Assembly (NCBI GenBank): GCA_019894975.1
Contig: JAGXNO010000006.1
Location: forward strand, 1 to 64,000
Length of the DNA: 64,000 nucleotides
Source of the DNA: Promethearchaeota archaeon
Lineage (GTDB): Archaea > Asgardarchaeota > Lokiarchaeia > Sigyniarchaeales > SOKP01
Direction of reading: 5' to 3'
The notes under the pieces were generated by a model. It saw only the letters and a list, made by a program, of their open reading frames with translations. It made no database searches and was not told the DNA's origin. Numbering within the stretch: position 1 is the stretch's first letter; each line of letters begins with the position of its first letter. Position numbers and translations under genes: made by a program. Of the stretch, positions 47,719 to 57,071 are shown in pieces.

Positions 47719-48444
47719 ATGAACCAGAATATTCTTAGAAGGCTTTTCAGGATTATCAATAGGTTTAATCCTATAAAGAAATCCCTTCAAAATAAATTTA
47801 ACTTACCATTTAAATTTGTTAAAAATGAATGGTATGTTAATGAACGCATTGTAGAAATCCCTTTTGTTTTAAATCACCTAGAACTTGATGGGAAAGGAAG
47901 ACGCGTTTTAGAATTTGGATGCGCTAGAAGTTATCTAGCCATACAATTAGCTTCTTTAGGTTATAAAGTCGTCGCAATCGATCTTGAAGATTATAGGTAT
48001 CGTCACCCAAATTTAAAGTTTCATAAAATAAACATTTTTGATTTTAACGATGATATTGGATTTGATTATATTACGGCAGTGTCTATAATAGAACATATTG
48101 GTCTTGGAACATATGGGGATAAACCGAGTTTTGATGATATATTTAGAATTTCAACAAAATTATCAGAATTAGTAAAACCAGAGGGTTTAATTATAATAAC
48201 TGTTCCCTTTGGGAAAAAATTTGTCAATAATTTTTATAGATCGTTTACTCATGATGAAGTAAGATCTCTCTTTAAGGATAAGAATTTAAAATTAGTTGAA
48301 GAACAATATTTTCGTAGAAAACAATATAAATATTGGCGAAAGTGCGATTTAGAAGAAGCTTTATCTATTTCTAATACACCAGAGGACCGGGGGCTGACCG
48401 GGATGAATTGTGTGGGGTGTTTTATTTGGAAAAAGATAAGCTAG
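47719..48444 (+). CDS. Class I SAM-dependent methyltransferase (DUF268-like)
   Basis: ERIVEIPF, VLEFGC, AVSIIEHIGLGTYGD, VKPEGLIIITVPFG. Confidence 0.8.
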   Translation: MNQNILRRLFRIINRFNPIKKSLQNKFNLPFKFVKNEWYVNERIVEIPFVLNHLELDGKGRRVLEFGCARSYLAIQLASLGYKVVAIDLEDYRYRHPNLKFHKINIFDFNDDIGFDYITAVSIIEHIGLGTYGDKPSFDDIFRISTKLSELVKPEGLIIITVPFGKKFVNNFYRSFTHDEVRSLFKDKNLKLVEEQYFRRKQYKYWRKCDLEEALSISNTPEDRGLTGMNCVGCFIWKKIS

Positions 48445-48477
48445 AATCAAAAAAATTACGATTTTTTAATTAATTTG

Positions 48478-49446
48478 TTAAACTTTCTCTTTATTTATTA
48501 ACCATGAATAAGTTCTTTGTAATCCTTCGTCAATATTAACTTGAGGGGAAAATCCTAGTAGTTTCTTTGCTTTATCTATATTTGAATGAGTAATATCAAC
48601 ATCTCCTTTCTGTTTTTCAGTATATACAACTTTTTTAGGTTTGTTCGTGACGTTATACATTTTGTTAATTAGTTCATTTACGTTTATTGGTTTTGAATAT
48701 CCTAGATTAAACGCTTCACCCGATGAATTATTCTTCTCCGCAGATAGAATTAAACCTTGTATTATATCAGAAACGTAAGTAAAATCTCTAAGTTGTTCTC
48801 CATCTCCATAAATAACTAACTCTTTATTATGACGGATTAAGTTAAAGAATTTAGCTATCGCCATATCGGGACGACCACGTGGACCATAAACTGTATAAAA
48901 TCTTAAGCTCGTGATAGGTAAATCATATTCTCTAAAATAATAATCAGCATATATTTCACTAGAGAGTTTCGATATAGCATAAGGAGATATTGGTGTTTTA
49001 GGATGTTCTTCATCTACAGGAGTATAAATGGGATTGCCATATACGGAAGAAGAGGAAGCATTTACAACTTTTTTAACATTTTTCGTCACTGCATAATCTA
49101 AAATTTTTACGATACCTAAAATATTGTTTCTCATTACTTCTATTTTATTTTGAACTGAAAATCTTACTCCTGCATGAGCAGCTAGGTGAAAAATAATATC
49201 TATCTCAGGTTCAATTTTCTCGTAGGTTGAATTGTCTAATAAATCACTATTAATTATTTGAAAATCTTTAAAATCTACATTACTCATTCTAACTTCTTCA
49301 ATATACTCTTCTTTCCCTTTATAATAGCGTTCATTAAAGTTATCAATAATAACTACGTAATTTCTATTTACTAATAACTTCTCAAAAAGGTGCGAACCAA
49401 TAAATCCAGCACCCCCTGTAATCAAAATGTTTTTATTTTTTATCAT
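48478..49446 (-). CDS. NAD-dependent nucleotide-sugar epimerase (UDP-glucuronate 4-epimerase-like)
   Basis: TGGAGFIG, HLAAHAGVR, ASSSSVYG, YAISK, LRFYTVYGPRGRPDMA. Confidence 0.85.
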   Translation of the reverse strand: MIKNKNILITGGAGFIGSHLFEKLLVNRNYVVIIDNFNERYYKGKEEYIEEVRMSNVDFKDFQIINSDLLDNSTYEKIEPEIDIIFHLAAHAGVRFSVQNKIEVMRNNILGIVKILDYAVTKNVKKVVNASSSSVYGNPIYTPVDEEHPKTPISPYAISKLSSEIYADYYFREYDLPITSLRFYTVYGPRGRPDMAIAKFFNLIRHNKELVIYGDGEQLRDFTYVSDIIQGLILSAEKNNSSGEAFNLGYSKPINVNELINKMYNVTNKPKKVVYTEKQKGDVDITHSNIDKAKKLLGFSPQVNIDEGLQRTYSWLINKEKV

Positions 49447-49549
49447 GAAATTTGAAGTTTATAGGTAATTTAGAGGACATAAGGAAGAAAACAATATTTA
49501 TGTTATTGAAAATCCAAAAATAATATTTTTTTGTAAAAATACAGAGAAA

Positions 49550-50716
49550 TTAGTCTTCTCCAAGATTATATATCCTTTCAAAATTTCGAATATTATTTTC
49601 CCATAAATAATGATTTTTTATCATTTTCAATCCATTTTCTTTAAATTTACTACTTAGATCATGATTATCTAAAAGGCGTTTTATACACTTTGCATAACAA
49701 TTAAAATTTTCCACTTCACACATAAGTCCATTATTCATATGGCTCACCAAATCTTTTGTGCCCGCAATATTGCTTGTTACTATAGGTACTTGGTAAATCA
49801 TTGCTTCCATTAAGACTCCCGCTAAACCTTCTCCACGGCTTGGGAAAAAAAGAATGTCTGCTTCATTGTAAAAGTTATGTACATCAAGTCTAGAACCTGT
49901 AAATACGAATTTATCGTTTAAATTTAAATCTTTAACCAATTGAATTGCTCTATTTCTTTCAGGACCATCTCCAACTAAAATAAATCTCACGTTTTCATTC
50001 TTAATTAGATTCGCTGTCTTAATAATTAAATCAATACCTTTTCGATTGTTATGAAGACCAACAAATAGAATAATTTTTTCATTCTCCTTTATACCAAACA
50101 TATTTCTGATATTTCTATCAGAAGGTTTAATGTCTAAATCAATGCCTGGAGGTGTGATTCTTATCTTCTTTTGGGGCACTCCCGCTTTTTTTGAATATTT
50201 TAAAAATGACTTTCCATAGATAGATATATAGTTAGAAGCGAAAAAAGCAGTTTTACCTATTGTCTTAAAAAAGATTTTAAAAAAAATGTCCAAAATTGAT
50301 GATGCTTTAAAAGAATAACCTGGGAAAGTATCCATTGTAAGAATTAATATTTTTTTCTTAAAGAAAAGGAGTTTTAATAAGCAAGTAATAAATGTGTTGG
50401 GATAGAAGGGTACCCAAACGTGGATTATATCATTTTCCTTTAAAATTTTCCAACAATTCTTTATAAATCCTAAGTTTGCGGGGATAGGCCATATAAATCC
50501 TGACTTTTTGGTCCATATGGGGTAAGTTATTAAATTAATTCCCTCGAAATCATCATAATGCCTTGTTTTTTCTCTTTTTCCTATGAATTTCTGTCTGGGT
50601 GTTAATATTGATATTTTGTAATCCTTCTCTTTCAATGAGTTCATTATGAAGGAAATTGGTCTTCTGATGTTAATTCCTGGGTTCACATAACAGATTTTTT
50701 TACACTTTTTACTCAT
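49550..50716 (-). CDS. Glycosyltransferase family 4
   Basis: LFVG...RKG, VGDGPE, PSRGEGLAGVLMEAM. Confidence 0.88.
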   Translation of the reverse strand: MSKKCKKICYVNPGINIRRPISFIMNSLKEKDYKISILTPRQKFIGKREKTRHYDDFEGINLITYPIWTKKSGFIWPIPANLGFIKNCWKILKENDIIHVWVPFYPNTFITCLLKLLFFKKKILILTMDTFPGYSFKASSILDIFFKIFFKTIGKTAFFASNYISIYGKSFLKYSKKAGVPQKKIRITPPGIDLDIKPSDRNIRNMFGIKENEKIILFVGLHNNRKGIDLIIKTANLIKNENVRFILVGDGPERNRAIQLVKDLNLNDKFVFTGSRLDVHNFYNEADILFFPSRGEGLAGVLMEAMIYQVPIVTSNIAGTKDLVSHMNNGLMCEVENFNCYAKCIKRLLDNHDLSSKFKENGLKMIKNHYLWENNIRNFERIYNLGED

Positions 50717-50878
50717 AAATAAGAAAAAGAATAAAACTCTTTTTAAATTATCCTTTCAGTATTGAAGGGATTATGAAAGAATAGTGCAAAGAGATAAATA
50801 ATTATTATTTTATATAACGGAATATTTTAACACATATCATAATTTATAAAAAATATTGTCTTAAAGTAATATTTTAAG

Positions 50879-51739
50879 TTGTTTTTAAAAAATTATAGTG
50901 TTTATAAGTTGAAACTAACATCAACCTCTCAGAATTCAAATCTATCGAATAAAAGTATAAAGAATAAAGAGGTTAATTATAAATTCCCGGGATTAAATCT
51001 TGGAGTTGTGATTCCAGCGTATAATGAAGAATTAAACATTGGAAGAACGCTTGATCAAATCCCAAAAAATATTTCAGATAATTTATGTGTTATAGTAGTT
51101 GATGATGGCTCAAAAGATAAGACTTACGAAATTGCAAGTAAATATGATATCACAATCCTTAAACATCCCAAAAATCGAGGTAACGGCGCTGCTACAAAAA
51201 CGGGATTAGAATTTTGTAGAGAAAAGAATTTTGAATTGGTAATTATCCTAGATGCTGATGGACAACATCCACCAAAATATATTGATGATTTTATAACATC
51301 AATCATGGAAGATAGTGTTGAATTTGTTATAGGGAATCGATTTAAACAATATTATAATATGGATGTCAATCGAAAATTATGCTCAAAATTGATGACTGCA
51401 TTCTATTTCTTATTTCTGCATAAAAAAATAGCAGATCCTACAAATGGTTATCGGGCTTTATCTTCCAAATTAATACAAAATATAGAATTTGAATCAGAGT
51501 ATTCCTTGACACAGGAAATGCTTTTTAAAATTTTACCCTATTATAAATACAAAGAGATTCCTATTAAGCTTAATCCGAGAGATAACGGAGAATCTTTTAT
51601 CAAAATCAAGAATTATCTTACAAAGATAGTATTACTCTTTATTAAATTCTATGTTTTTCCAAAAATAAAGAGAATAACTCATAAAATTTTAAGCGAAGAG
51701 TTTAGAAATAGAGTTAAAACGTATTATCTAAAAACGTAA
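50879..51739 (+). CDS. Glycosyltransferase family 2 (DPM1/polyprenol-phosphate glycosyltransferase-like)
   Basis: VVIPAYNEE, VVDDGSKD.T, NRGNGAA, LDADGQH, DPTNGYRA; start uncertain. Confidence 0.88.
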   Translation: MFLKNYSVYKLKLTSTSQNSNLSNKSIKNKEVNYKFPGLNLGVVIPAYNEELNIGRTLDQIPKNISDNLCVIVVDDGSKDKTYEIASKYDITILKHPKNRGNGAATKTGLEFCREKNFELVIILDADGQHPPKYIDDFITSIMEDSVEFVIGNRFKQYYNMDVNRKLCSKLMTAFYFLFLHKKIADPTNGYRALSSKLIQNIEFESEYSLTQEMLFKILPYYKYKEIPIKLNPRDNGESFIKIKNYLTKIVLLFIKFYVFPKIKRITHKILSEEFRNRVKTYYLKT

Positions 51740-51874
51740 TTCAAACTTATATGAATCTTTAATTTTATCTTTTTAAAAATCATTAGCTATTTATTCTCGA
51801 CCTATTGTAAATATTTTTAAGAAGGAAATCTATGTTTCTTATATAGAATTTAACACAGAAATTGTGAGAATAAG

Positions 51875-53515
51875 TTGGATAAAGAAAGAATCCTAAAAGA
51901 AGCCCAAAGAATAGCAAAAGAATTCTCTTTTTGGATGGTTTCTGGTAATATCGCTCATTTATATGGTCATGTTTATGAGACTCCAGAAAAAAATTTTGAA
52001 TTAGAACTAAAATTTGATGAAACTTTTCCAAATAAACCTCCTCAATTGATCTTTCACAAGGAAATTAAAGAATTGCTAGGAGAGATTCATTTAGAGAAAT
52101 ATAATCAATGGAACCCAGAGTTCAAAGTAGTCGATATTATCAAGGAACTAAAATTAAAAATTCAGGAAGCAGCAAATCTTTCAAAGACAGAAATAAAAGA
52201 AGAATTAAGTCCATTAGAAACAGCTGAAGAAAACTATGATGCTTCAGATTCTGAGGAATTTCTTGCTCCTGATCTAAATGAATACCCGGAAGAATTCCAA
52301 CCAGAAGACTATATAACACCCTCAGATTTTAATAACGATTTAATTGATAGCGACCAAACATCGACAACTTTCTCAGAAGATAATAAGATCGAATCATATC
52401 AAGAACCAATTTTTGATGATACGGAACAACTAAGTTTAGAATTGACTACAGAATTAGGAATAATTCAACAAGAATATGCTTATGACCAAAAAGGGTCATC
52501 TGCTGCTGATATTAATGTTTATATTACAATTACGCTCTCAAAAACTTTTATTATCTCTTTAAATTTTACAAATTTTCCAGAAAAACCCTTAATATCCCTG
52601 CCAGACGAAGTTAAAAATATTTTGATAGATCCAGAAAAAACATTAGATACTTTGAAAAATTGGAATTCTAAAAATCCAGTACATATTATTGATATTATCC
52701 GTGAATTGGAAAGGAAGCTCTATTTTATCAAGGAAATAGAATCTCAATATAAACACATTTCTGGTGAATATCAGTGTGAAAAAATTCCCGATAGTTTAAC
52801 ATCTGTTAAGGTCCATTTACTCACTTACGGTTTCAAGGAATATCTGGTAGTATTAGATCTAGAGCCCTATCCCAAACCCCCTATTATTGAATTACCATCT
52901 GAACTCCAGCACATTATTAATGTTCCCATCTCTGAGCTAAAATCATTCCATAGCTGGATTGAAAACGAGACAGATGCAGTGGAAATTATTAGAGAGATCT
53001 CTTGGCTAGTAGATAAAAATTCTAGAATTAATTTTGAGATTGATTTATTGAAAGACCATTATAAAAACATTAAGTATGACCCCATTACCGCAATTCTTCT
53101 TGTTGAAATGAAGGGAAAAATGAAAACAGAAGATCTCACATTTGAATTTCAAATTAATTTACCTCCTGATTATCCTATGAAAGTACCTGATATAAAAGTG
53201 GTAAATGAATTTGAATTAGAAGCCCATGAGAAAATAAAAAATGATTTACATGCTTCTTTTGATGACTTCTTTAAGGAATGGACACCCTTTAGTTATCTTG
53301 TTGATTTATTTAATTTAGTTTCTAAGAAAATATTCGAAGTATCCGTAGTATCGTGTGTTATTTGCCACAAAATTGAATGTCCAAGTTGTACTAAAAAGAT
53401 AGCGGGAGATGATAGTTGCCATACAGAATGCCCACATTGTAATAGAGCATATCATCGCCACTGTTGGGAACAAACTATACAATCATTTGGCAAATGTGGT
53501 TTTTGTCTTAGATAA
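51875..53515 (+). CDS. Tandem UEV/RWD (inactive E2-fold) domains plus C-terminal C4HC3 RING-like finger; putative E3 ligase
   Basis: Four (F/Y)PxxP motifs (FPNKPP, FPEKP, YPKPP, YPMKVP), each followed by W..(V/L)..II.E helices; C-terminal CVIC, CPSC, CPHC, HRHC, CGFC. Confidence 0.75.
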   Translation: MDKERILKEAQRIAKEFSFWMVSGNIAHLYGHVYETPEKNFELELKFDETFPNKPPQLIFHKEIKELLGEIHLEKYNQWNPEFKVVDIIKELKLKIQEAANLSKTEIKEELSPLETAEENYDASDSEEFLAPDLNEYPEEFQPEDYITPSDFNNDLIDSDQTSTTFSEDNKIESYQEPIFDDTEQLSLELTTELGIIQQEYAYDQKGSSAADINVYITITLSKTFIISLNFTNFPEKPLISLPDEVKNILIDPEKTLDTLKNWNSKNPVHIIDIIRELERKLYFIKEIESQYKHISGEYQCEKIPDSLTSVKVHLLTYGFKEYLVVLDLEPYPKPPIIELPSELQHIINVPISELKSFHSWIENETDAVEIIREISWLVDKNSRINFEIDLLKDHYKNIKYDPITAILLVEMKGKMKTEDLTFEFQINLPPDYPMKVPDIKVVNEFELEAHEKIKNDLHASFDDFFKEWTPFSYLVDLFNLVSKKIFEVSVVSCVICHKIECPSCTKKIAGDDSCHTECPHCNRAYHRHCWEQTIQSFGKCGFCLR

Positions 53516-53672
53516 AAGCCTCAACCAATAACTACAAAATGAATTACAAGTCCATAATTCATTCTATTTTATTACTTCTTAAATTTACAGATCTTTACCT
53601 TTAAGATTATATTCTTTACATTAAATTTTTTAGTTTAACCATCTTATAATAAACATTCATATTCATAACAAG

Positions 53673-56600
53673 ATGATATACTTGGAATTATTAGAAAAAA
53701 AGCTAGATCTACTAAAATTAGAAGAAAAAATATTGAATTTTTGGAATGAAAAGGAGATCTATGCAAAAATTAGGGAAAACGAACAGGGAAAAGAAACTTG
53801 GAGATTTATAGATGGACCCCCATACACCACAGGATCTATTCATTTAGGAACAGCTTGGAACAAGATTCTCAAGGATTATCTTATAAAATATAAAAGAATG
53901 AGAGGGTATAAGGTTACAGATACTCCTGGTTATGATACTCATGGATTACCAATAGAAGTACAAATGGAAAAACAGTTGGGAATAGATAACAAACAGCAAA
54001 TTATTGAGTATGGTGTAGATAAATTCATTACGAATTGCAAAGAATATGCTCAGAAGAATTTAAAAATAATGAATGATCAATTCAAAAGGTTAGGATGTCT
54101 TTTCTGGGATTGGGAAAACCCCTATATCACCTTTAAGAATAGTTATATTGAAGGAATTTGGTGGACTTTGAAAAAAGCGTGGGAAAATAAATTGCTTATC
54201 CAATTTTATAAACCTCTGAATTGCTGCCCCCGATGTGCAACGGCTCTTGCCAAGCATGAACATGAATATAAAAATGTTATTGACACTAGTCTTTTCCTTA
54301 AAATTAAATCAACTGAAATGGACGATACTTATTTTATCATCTGGACAACAACTCCATGGACATTAGTCGCTAATGAGGCAATAATGGCAAATCCTATTGC
54401 TGAATATGCAAAAGTGAAAATTGAAGATTTAGATGAATATTGGATTTTATCTAAAGCATCATTAGTACATTTAATTTCAGGAGAATTGGGTTACAAATAC
54501 AAAATCGTAGAGAATTTTATTGGTGAAGATTTGGAAGGGATGAGGTATGTCCATCCTTTAATAGAAGAGGTCCCATTTCAGAAGGAATTAGAAAAACAGA
54601 GTGATAAAGTCCATACAATTATTTTATCTGAAGAGTATGTTTCAGCTTCTGAAGGTGTTGGATTAGTTCACTCAGCCCCAGGACATGGTCCCGAAGATTT
54701 TGAAGTAGGAGTAGCTAATAATATCCCGGTCTTCAATCCCGTAGATATAAGAGGTAGATATACAAAGGATGCCGGGATTTATGAGGGAAAATTTGTGTTT
54801 GATGCTAATGAAGAAATATTAGACTTATTGAAAAAAAAAGAGACTCTCATATTTACAAGTGAAATTGAACATGAGTATGCTCATTGTTGGAGATGTGATT
54901 CAAAATTAGTGTATAGAGCTACCAACCAATGGTTTTTTAAAACAGAAAGCATTGTATCAGATTTATTAGAAAAAAACAGTGAAATCTACTGGGTTCCAGA
55001 TTGGGCAGGAAATAGATGGTTTAAAAGTTGGTTAAGCAGTTTAAAGGATTGGTGTATCTCTAGACAGCGATTTTGGGGTGTACCTCTGAGTGTATGGATT
55101 TGTGATGATGAAAATTGCGGCGATATTACTGTAATTGGCTCCTCTAAAGAGTTAAAGGAATTATCTGGAGAGATTCCTGAAGATCTGCATCGACCTTGGA
55201 TTGATCAGGTCACTTGGAAATGTAAAAAGTGCGACAAGGGTACAAAAAGGAGGATTCCAGATATTCTAGATGTGTGGTTAGACTCTGGTTCTGTAATGTG
55301 GGCTGCCCAAGAAGTTTATGATGGAAAAAGTCATTATGATACGTGGATTCCTGCTGATTTCATCCTTGAGGGAAAAGATCAAATTAGAGGTTGGTTTAAC
55401 ACATTACTATGCAGTGCAATGGTATCATCTGGGCGTAAAAATTATAACGCGTGCTATATGCATGGATGGACGTTAAGAAACAAACAAAAAATGAGTAAAT
55501 CCAAAGGAACTCAGATCCTTCCTGAAAATCTAATTGATGGCTCATTAGAAGAGTTGGCAAAAAATAAGTCTTACTCTAAAATAAAGGGAATTGAGACCTT
55601 TCGTCTTTATTCTATAGGCGTAACCCAACCTGGTCGTGATTTTAACTTCAGTACAAAGGAATATGCTGATACATATAAGGTAATCAATACAATATGGAAT
55701 GTATTTGTATACGCAGGTGAAAAATTGAGTCTAGCAGAATATGATCGCTCTAAGAATAAGGTTGATGAGAATTCTCTGAATCTATTAGATAAATGGGTCA
55801 TTTCAAGGTTACATTCTACGATTAAAAGAGTCACTGAATTATCAGATGAGTATAAGCTCCCCTGGATCACAGGTGAACTAAGAGAATTCATTATTAACGA
55901 TATTAGTAGATGGTATATCATGCTAAATCGAGAAAAGTTAGATATTTATTCTGAGAGTCCCGATAAATTCATGGTTATGACTGTGTTATTTGACCTTTTA
56001 TTGAAAGTTATACTCCTTTTAGCTCCAATCAATCCAATGTTAACTGAGGAAATTTACCTTAAAATGTTCAAACCTTATATGACTTCAATTGGACTAAAGG
56101 AAACTGAGAGTATTCATTTACAGAATTGGCCCATTTTTCAAGAAGATAAGATTAATTTAGACTTAGAAGACCAAATGTTATTTACTAGAGATTTAATCGA
56201 ATTAATACGTGCTCTAAAAGAAGATAATAAAATCAGACTCAGGTGGCCGAATAAAAAGATAATAATCGAACCAAAAGAGGGGATGCCTGAATTAACTTTT
56301 CCTGAGATTATTAAACAAATTGGAAATGTGAAAGAATTAGAAATAAAGGATTCTGTAAAGAGTAATAAAAATCTTGTGCAAGCTGAATCAAAATATTGCA
56401 CTATATATTTGGACATTAGCCTCGATGAAACTCTTTTAGCTGAACGTGTAGTAAATGATTTGGTGAGAAACCTTCAATTCTCTCGTAAAAAGAACAATTT
56501 CAAAGTCGGAGAAAAGATTGAATTATCTATTGGTACAAATATAGAATATTTAAATGAATATATTAAGAAAAATAGAGATACTATTTCAGATAAAGTCACT

Positions 56601-56819
56601 GTTCAGAAACTTGATATTATTGAAGGAGAATTACCAAAAGATGAAAAAAAGGTTTTTGGGGAATTAAACTTATGCCCCAATAGTAATTGTTCTGCTTCAT
56701 TGAAAGAAAACATCATCACTAAACTCGAAAAAGATAATGATATTAATTGTCCCTATTGTGGTATGAAGTTAAAAATGGATAACATCAGACCAATAACCTT
56801 TAGTTTTCTCAAAGTATAG
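53673..56819 (+). CDS. ileS: Isoleucine--tRNA ligase (archaeal type)
   Basis: DGPPY, HLGTAWNK, GYDTHGLPIE, WTTTPWTL, DWCISRQRFWG, EGKDQIRGWF, KMSKS. Confidence 0.97.
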   Translation: MIYLELLEKKLDLLKLEEKILNFWNEKEIYAKIRENEQGKETWRFIDGPPYTTGSIHLGTAWNKILKDYLIKYKRMRGYKVTDTPGYDTHGLPIEVQMEKQLGIDNKQQIIEYGVDKFITNCKEYAQKNLKIMNDQFKRLGCLFWDWENPYITFKNSYIEGIWWTLKKAWENKLLIQFYKPLNCCPRCATALAKHEHEYKNVIDTSLFLKIKSTEMDDTYFIIWTTTPWTLVANEAIMANPIAEYAKVKIEDLDEYWILSKASLVHLISGELGYKYKIVENFIGEDLEGMRYVHPLIEEVPFQKELEKQSDKVHTIILSEEYVSASEGVGLVHSAPGHGPEDFEVGVANNIPVFNPVDIRGRYTKDAGIYEGKFVFDANEEILDLLKKKETLIFTSEIEHEYAHCWRCDSKLVYRATNQWFFKTESIVSDLLEKNSEIYWVPDWAGNRWFKSWLSSLKDWCISRQRFWGVPLSVWICDDENCGDITVIGSSKELKELSGEIPEDLHRPWIDQVTWKCKKCDKGTKRRIPDILDVWLDSGSVMWAAQEVYDGKSHYDTWIPADFILEGKDQIRGWFNTLLCSAMVSSGRKNYNACYMHGWTLRNKQKMSKSKGTQILPENLIDGSLEELAKNKSYSKIKGIETFRLYSIGVTQPGRDFNFSTKEYADTYKVINTIWNVFVYAGEKLSLAEYDRSKNKVDENSLNLLDKWVISRLHSTIKRVTELSDEYKLPWITGELREFIINDISRWYIMLNREKLDIYSESPDKFMVMTVLFDLLLKVILLLAPINPMLTEEIYLKMFKPYMTSIGLKETESIHLQNWPIFQEDKINLDLEDQMLFTRDLIELIRALKEDNKIRLRWPNKKIIIEPKEGMPELTFPEIIKQIGNVKELEIKDSVKSNKNLVQAESKYCTIYLDISLDETLLAERVVNDLVRNLQFSRKKNNFKVGEKIELSIGTNIEYLNEYIKKNRDTISDKVTVQKLDIIEGELPKDEKKVFGELNLCPNSNCSASLKENIITKLEKDNDINCPYCGMKLKMDNIRPITFSFLKV

Positions 56820-57071
56820 GATTGATTATTTGTATTTTTTTTTATTCAATTTTAACGAGTTGAAATCTAAGAGATTCTCTCTAATATACAACTTATTTCG
56901 ATATTTTTGACAAAGTTATCAATTTGAATGAAATTCAAATTAGAGGTGTTTTAGAGTTTGCAATTGTGAATTTTTTGAACTGAATATCTTGTAGAATTAA
57001 AACTACGAACGTAAAATACTCACTCAATCATATGTGAAAACATTTAAATAAATAAATGTTAAATATATATT

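Noticed and set aside
53513-53542. Premature stop or read-through at the end of the UEV-RING gene (frame continues KPQPITTK*)
   Set aside because: All zinc ligands precede the TAA, and an 8-codon open stretch is expected by chance.
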